The notes beneath the pieces are model-generated. The model saw only the letters and a program-made list of their open reading frames with translations, was not told the DNA's origin and searched no databases. A stretch of DNA of 64,000 bases from positions 32,001 to 96,000 of the IMG/VR virus record IMGVR_UViG_3300031992_000040; one strand, given 5' to 3'. The stretch is from a virus (taxonomy: Duplodnaviria > Caudoviricetes). The translations under genes were made by a program, and so were the position numbers. Of the stretch, positions 58,880 to 64,000 are shown one piece after another. The stretch's first letter is position 1. Each line of letters begins with the position of its first letter.

Positions 58880-59145
58880 TATTTCACTTCCATTTCATTT
58901 ATAACAATTTGATATTGTAATTCATCATCATAATTGATTTGAAAAATAATTTCATCTTCTTCGTTTTTAATTAAAATATATTCCCAACCACCATTATTAT
59001 CACATTGAAAAGATAATTCATTTTTTACAAAAGTCATAGCATTTGTTTCATTATTAAAAACACCAAGACACTCATAATTACTATCATAAAAATTTACATT
59101 AGAAAAATCTTCTTCTCTAATTTCACTAACAACATAAACTTTCAT
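58879..59145 (-). CDS. Acidic hypothetical protein
   Basis: Coupled ORF. Confidence 0.55.
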   Translation of the reverse strand: MKVYVVSEIREEDFSNVNFYDSNYECLGVFNNETNAMTFVKNELSFQCDNNGGWEYILIKNEEDEIIFQINYDDELQYQIVINEMEVK

Positions 59146-59738
59146 TATTTTATCTCCGTATCAACTTCATCTAATGCCCTTAAAAAATCTGTCATAAAGT
59201 CTAACATATCTTCAAAATTAGATACACTAATATCGTTCATATTTAAAATTTCATTGTTGTTTTCCACTTCACATTTATAATCATAGCAACCATTTAAAAA
59301 GTTTTCATGTGCATTATAAACACAATTAAAGTCTTTCATCTCATTGTTTCCTAAATGCCAACCATATTTTATCATCTTTTCATATATTTGTTTTTTGATA
59401 TTACCGATTTTATTTATATGAATAACGAGTTCATTTTCTTCTGCTATTCTTCTTTCTTTATCTGCCCACTCTAAATCATATAATTTCATTATTTTGTATA
59501 AAGAAAACCAACAAACGTCCCAAATATTAGTATTTAATCTTAATTCTCCTTTATAACCACTTTCAACATAAGCAAGAATTTTATCTATATTTTCCATTAA
59601 GATATTAAAATCTTCCATACCATATTTTTCATCATATCTATAATCAAACTCATCATCTGCTACTGCATATTTTATACACTCTTTTAATTCTTTATTTATT
59701 CTTTCATCTGCATATACTTTTAATATAATTCCTTTCAT
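59145..59738 (-). CDS. Hypothetical protein
   Basis: AAGGGGG RBS before ATG 59738. Confidence 0.55.
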   Translation of the reverse strand: MKGIILKVYADERINKELKECIKYAVADDEFDYRYDEKYGMEDFNILMENIDKILAYVESGYKGELRLNTNIWDVCWFSLYKIMKLYDLEWADKERRIAEENELVIHINKIGNIKKQIYEKMIKYGWHLGNNEMKDFNCVYNAHENFLNGCYDYKCEVENNNEILNMNDISVSNFEDMLDFMTDFLRALDEVDTEIK

Positions 59739-59751
59739 ATTATTTTCCCCC

Positions 59752-59976
59752 TTAATCAACAAATCTACTCATATTTTTTTCATCACTTTTTGCAATTTCA
59801 TCTAATTTATCAATATTTTTTGCCACATAATCTGTGCCTAATAAATCATCAATATCTTGCAACAAACCAATTAGTCTAGCATAAGCCATTTCTCCACTTA
59901 TAGATAATGTTTCGTTCTTCTTAAAAGGTTTTTTGCAACCAAAATATTCTTGTAAAATTTCTTCCATACTTTTCAT
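59752..59976 (-). CDS. Hypothetical protein
   Basis: Coupled ORF. Confidence 0.55.
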   Translation of the reverse strand: MKSMEEILQEYFGCKKPFKKNETLSISGEMAYARLIGLLQDIDDLLGTDYVAKNIDKLDEIAKSDEKNMSRFVD

Positions 59977-60410
59977 TATTCAATTACACCACTTTCTTTT
60001 AAATCTTTTATAATATAATCTAAATAGTTCTTAATTTGATATTTAAAATCTTTTAACCCCTCACTAATACTGCCATATACACTATCATTAAAATAACTTT
60101 CAATATAGTTTCCCTCGTTATCAAAAAACTCTATCGTAAACCAATTACTCATATCAAAGTATATTTTATCTTCATCAACTGCCTTTGTTAACTCATCATT
60201 GTTTCTAATATAATAGTTTACTATATCTGTATAATTCCAAGTATCTATATTGTTTTCTTCATCTGTATAATGACACTTTAATTCTCCTAAACTATTTATT
60301 CTCCAAGTTCCATATTTACACTTTGCAAGTTCATAACCATAACCATAGTGAAAGAAATCACTATCTGCATTATCTAGCAACTTTTTGTCTAATGTTATTT
60401 CAATATTCAT
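59976..60410 (-). CDS. Acidic hypothetical protein
   Basis: ORF with RBS. Confidence 0.55.
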   Translation of the reverse strand: MNIEITLDKKLLDNADSDFFHYGYGYELAKCKYGTWRINSLGELKCHYTDEENNIDTWNYTDIVNYYIRNNDELTKAVDEDKIYFDMSNWFTIEFFDNEGNYIESYFNDSVYGSISEGLKDFKYQIKNYLDYIIKDLKESGVIE

Positions 60411-60423
60411 ATATTGCCTACCT

Positions 60424-61257
60424 CTACTTTCTATTTATTTTTTCATACTTGACTAAAATTTTTGTAATATCTTTTTCTAATTTTTTTTCTTCTTCAACTG
60501 CCAAATGTAATTTTCTCATTTCTTCTAATGTCAAATATAAACATACAATTTTTTGGTCTATACTTATAATATCATCTTCAAACCAATGGTCATATTCACT
60601 TGCATTTATATAATTATTATCAAACATAAATTCTACAACTAATTCTTCTTTTGTTTTAACAAAGTTTTCTATAATCTTTCCATTTCCTTTGCCTAAAAAA
60701 TAAGGGTTTTTCTCATCTCTAACTTTATATAAACTATAAATAACATTGTCAAGTTCATAAGCACCATTAAATATGCCAATATCTTCTACATAGCCACCAC
60801 CAAGTATATAATTTATATCGTTCATTACATAACCCATTTCTTCATCTCCTAATGGTTCTTTTTTTGAATAAATTTCATTACTATCATATTCTAATTTAGA
60901 TATAATTGCATAAGTTCCATTTACACCATTATCTACATATTTTTTTGCATATTCAACTGCTCTATTATAATCTAAAAACAATACACTATTTTCTTCATAA
61001 TAACTATGTTTTTTATCGTAATATAAATAAAATTCATATTCTTCATTATCTTTATCTAAAAGAACACCAACCTCAACTTTATAAACATCAAAATTTAGTC
61101 TATAATAGTTCCAATTTTCTATTATATTTTTTTCTAAAGCATATTCTATTCTTTCAATAATATAATCAATATTTACTCTGTTTTCATAACCATTTTTAAG
61201 GTTTATTTCTTGATTATGTTTTAATTCGTTTAATAATTCTTCTAATCTGTTTTTCAT
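60424..61257 (-). CDS. Hypothetical protein
   Basis: 277-aa ORF with AGGGGTG RBS. Confidence 0.6.
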   Translation of the reverse strand: MKNRLEELLNELKHNQEINLKNGYENRVNIDYIIERIEYALEKNIIENWNYYRLNFDVYKVEVGVLLDKDNEEYEFYLYYDKKHSYYEENSVLFLDYNRAVEYAKKYVDNGVNGTYAIISKLEYDSNEIYSKKEPLGDEEMGYVMNDINYILGGGYVEDIGIFNGAYELDNVIYSLYKVRDEKNPYFLGKGNGKIIENFVKTKEELVVEFMFDNNYINASEYDHWFEDDIISIDQKIVCLYLTLEEMRKLHLAVEEEKKLEKDITKILVKYEKINRK

Positions 61258-61278
61258 ATTATTTTACACCCCTTTTAA

Positions 61279-61494
61279 TTAAAACCCTAATAGTTTATGT
61301 AAATCATCTGCCATTTTTTGCACCCTACTATCTTCTTCTTCAAAGTCTACAAAACTACCATTATATACATAATCTTTTAATAATGTTATCAATTCTTTAA
61401 TATCTTTTTCGCCAATAACACCAACTAAATATGTATATATTGCTTTTGTTCTACAATCTTCTAAATTATTCATCATTATCACTTCCATATTCAT
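61279..61494 (-). CDS. Hypothetical protein
   Basis: ORF in operon. Confidence 0.5.
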   Translation of the reverse strand: MNMEVIMMNNLEDCRTKAIYTYLVGVIGEKDIKELITLLKDYVYNGSFVDFEEEDSRVQKMADDLHKLLGF

Positions 61495-62026
61495 CTAATA
61501 ACTCTAAACTATCAAAATTATGTAATTCTGTTAATTCACAAGTTTTATCGTAATAATCAAAATCTTCATTTGCTATTTTACTTAATCTACAAATTTCATC
61601 TAATGCTTTCATAAAACCATTTGCCAATTTGTCATATTCCCAATTAGTATGTTTATAACCAATTTCATCAAAATACCAATTATAACCTAAATCTTCACAA
61701 GTAAGGTATTCATCAAAATTATATTTGTCTTTCGTAATATCATAAGTTCCTTTTTTAACGAAATTATAGTCTGTATAAACATTGTTTCCTATAATAAGTT
61801 CTTCATCTTCAAACTCTTGTTTAGTTTTAATTTTCAAATCATCATCTTTATATTCACTTTCCATAGCCATACCAAAAACTTTACAATATAAATTATTTAT
61901 TGTTTCTGTCATATTATAAATTTTTGTTTCCTCATCTTTTGAAAATCTATCTTCGTGATTTTCTCTTATATCGTTTAATAGTTCATAACAAATTTTTAAT
62001 TCTGCCAAAACTTCTTTATTTGTCAT
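61466..62026 (-). CDS. Acidic hypothetical protein
   Basis: AAGGGGG RBS. Confidence 0.55.
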   Translation of the reverse strand: MTNKEVLAELKICYELLNDIRENHEDRFSKDEETKIYNMTETINNLYCKVFGMAMESEYKDDDLKIKTKQEFEDEELIIGNNVYTDYNFVKKGTYDITKDKYNFDEYLTCEDLGYNWYFDEIGYKHTNWEYDKLANGFMKALDEICRLSKIANEDFDYYDKTCELTELHNFDSLELLDEYGSDNDE

Positions 62027-62038
62027 TTTAAAACCCCC

Positions 62039-62662
62039 TTAATATATACAATGATATATATTCTCTTTATCTCCTTTAATTTTAAACATACCACAATAAT
62101 TGTTTTCTATTTCAATTACCCTATTAAAAAGTTCATATAAATTTTCTCTTGTCATATTCCATAAATCAAAATCAAATTCAATTAAGTTGTCATAATCTAT
62201 ATTATATTCTGCATAATCTTCCTTTGTGCTTTCAATATCTTGCCTATAAAACACATCAAAAGACACTCTAATTTCCTTTATTTGCTCGAAATAGTCAGTG
62301 ATATTAGGTAGATATATTTCAACTCTGCCCTCCTCCCACTTTCTTGTTTCTTCTATGCCTTTTTCAGTAAAAGATATTAAGCCTAGATTTCTGTTTTCTC
62401 CAACTCTGCAAACTCTTTGTTCTTTTTCAGTTAATAAATCGTATTCATCACTAATAACCCCTGCACCTGTGCTTTCTAACAACCTAATAGCATACATTTT
62501 ATCTACTTCTTTTTCGTTATAATTTACACTTATGGTATTTTCAATAATTTCTAATGTTAAGTCTAAAGCACTTTTTGTATAAGCCGACCAATGATAATAA
62601 CAATTTGCTATTGTTTCGTTTGTTTCCTTTTTCTTTATTTCAATATTTAATCTTTGCCCCAT
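62039..62662 (-). CDS. Hypothetical protein (MGQR...Y.HW family)
   Basis: Start at MGQR after GAGGA RBS. Confidence 0.6.
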   Translation of the reverse strand: MGQRLNIEIKKKETNETIANCYYHWSAYTKSALDLTLEIIENTISVNYNEKEVDKMYAIRLLESTGAGVISDEYDLLTEKEQRVCRVGENRNLGLISFTEKGIEETRKWEEGRVEIYLPNITDYFEQIKEIRVSFDVFYRQDIESTKEDYAEYNIDYDNLIEFDFDLWNMTRENLYELFNRVIEIENNYCGMFKIKGDKENIYHCIY

Positions 62663-62663
62663 A

Positions 62664-62900
62664 TTATTTTTCCTCACTTTCTAACTCTTTAATAATTTTT
62701 TCTGTTAATTTTTTATCATATTTATATGCTATTGCTCTAAAGTTATGTAAATCTATTATTGTGTCAATTAAATCATAATAATTATTTACTTTTAATTCAT
62801 CAACTAAAAATTCACTTAATTCTTGTATATTTTTATATATACTTTCTTTCATTATATCATATTCGTTCATAATTTTACACCTCTGTTTCAATTTCAACAA
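62664..62900 (-). CDS. Hypothetical protein
   Basis: ORF in operon. Confidence 0.5.
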   Translation of the reverse strand: MLKLKQRCKIMNEYDIMKESIYKNIQELSEFLVDELKVNNYYDLIDTIIDLHNFRAIAYKYDKKLTEKIIKELESEEK

Positions 62901-63558
62901 TAGTATATCTAGTCAACATATCAGTATAATCTTTTGTTTCAAACCAAATTTCCCTTTGATAATTTCCATTATCATTATAATCACAAATATAATAATCTCC
63001 ACCATTTTCTTTTAAACCCTCGTATTCTTGTATAATTAGTCTGTCTAATTCTTCTTTTGCTTTTTCATAAGTAGTATAACCAACTTTGTGATTATCATTA
63101 TATATAGTATTGTCTGTGTCTTTGCATAAAACCTCTATTATATATACCTTTTTAATGTTTCTTTCTTCGTTTTTTCCAAAAGGAATATAACCTAAAACTA
63201 TTTTCTCTAAATCTTCAAAATTCATTTCATCAAAATCAGTTCCCATTTCATCATCATAGATAATAATATCTTCTCCTAATTTGCAAACCTCTCTCTTATT
63301 ATATTTACTAATAGTTAATAACATATCTTTATAGTTAAAATCAAAATAACCTAAATCTAAATCTATATTTGTAAAACCAATAGTAGTATCTTTCTTCTTT
63401 AATTCTAACATATATTTATAAACTTTTTCAATATCGTAAGTATCTCCAATATCAATACTTAACTTTCTTTCAAGTTGTTTATAGTCAATATAAACCCTAG
63501 TTAATATTTTCATTTCTCTTTCATTATATTTTTTCATATTATCTATTCCCCTCGACAA
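62875..63558 (-). CDS. Hypothetical protein
   Basis: ORF in operon. Confidence 0.55.
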   Translation of the reverse strand: MSRGIDNMKKYNEREMKILTRVYIDYKQLERKLSIDIGDTYDIEKVYKYMLELKKKDTTIGFTNIDLDLGYFDFNYKDMLLTISKYNKREVCKLGEDIIIYDDEMGTDFDEMNFEDLEKIVLGYIPFGKNEERNIKKVYIIEVLCKDTDNTIYNDNHKVGYTTYEKAKEELDRLIIQEYEGLKENGGDYYICDYNDNGNYQREIWFETKDYTDMLTRYTIVEIETEV

Positions 63559-63907
63559 AATCTTCTAACATTTTTTTATATTTATTATCTACAAATTTAC
63601 AATAAACATTCAAATAATTTCCATAATAATCTTCTGTAATTTCATAATCAACAAATATAACATTTGCATTTAAAATATTTTTATCTTTTAAATAATAATT
63701 TCCTACAACATATTTATTTTCTAGGTCTTTATACATACCAACATATTTTTTTGTTGAAAGTAAATTTTTAATAAAAACATTATTAAAACCAGCGTCCAAA
63801 ACTTCTTTTAATGTTATTTCATATTTATCATAACTATTGTCAATACGATTTAAACATTTTTTTCTTAATTCTGCAACCTCATATTCTAATTGATATAATT
63901 TTTTCAT
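63539..63907 (-). CDS. Hypothetical protein
   Basis: GAGGTGG RBS. Confidence 0.55.
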   Translation of the reverse strand: MKKLYQLEYEVAELRKKCLNRIDNSYDKYEITLKEVLDAGFNNVFIKNLLSTKKYVGMYKDLENKYVVGNYYLKDKNILNANVIFVDYEITEDYYGNYLNVYCKFVDNKYKKMLEDFVEGNR

Positions 63908-64000
63908 AATTAAACCACCTCATAATCTCCTCTTAAAATCATTTCAATAATACTTTCTTCATCTGCAAACAAACCAACCCAATCTTTAATAGTTATTTCT

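Overview
This is a 64-kb segment of a large, very AT-rich tailed dsDNA phage genome (or prophage), most likely infecting an anaerobic Bacillota host. Host inference rests on sigmaA promoters, GGAGG RBSs, NrdDG, ThyX and a LysM/NlpC-P60 endolysin. Two arms converge near 39.95 kb. The + strand (1-39.9 kb) carries the end of the tape measure, tail/baseplate/fibre genes with two BspA-like LRR paralogs and a GT2 glycosyltransferase, holin-endolysin and a shortened cysteine desulfurase. It continues with a replication/recombination module (Sak4-like ATPase, SSB, primase-helicase, PD-(D/E)XK nuclease, DnaE, DnaQ-like exonuclease) and nucleotide metabolism (ThyX, NrdD split by a group I intron with a GIY-YIG endonuclease, NrdG, dUTPase). 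The - strand (40-64 kb) is an accessory/early arm of small genes. Its notable parts are: (i) a Ro60/TROVE gene preceded by a promoter-driven ~900-nt non-coding array (two covarying Y-RNA-like repeats, tRNA-Ala, an atypical tRNA-Trp, two more structured RNA candidates), with RtcB nearby; (ii) four paralogs sharing an N-terminal IRxxxFETNSSSTHA motif upstream of a radical SAM enzyme; (iii) a stand-alone candidate sRNA with its own promoter and terminator; (iv) a tyrosine recombinase. GATC and GTAC appear strongly avoided. All calls come from reading motifs by eye; no searches were run.
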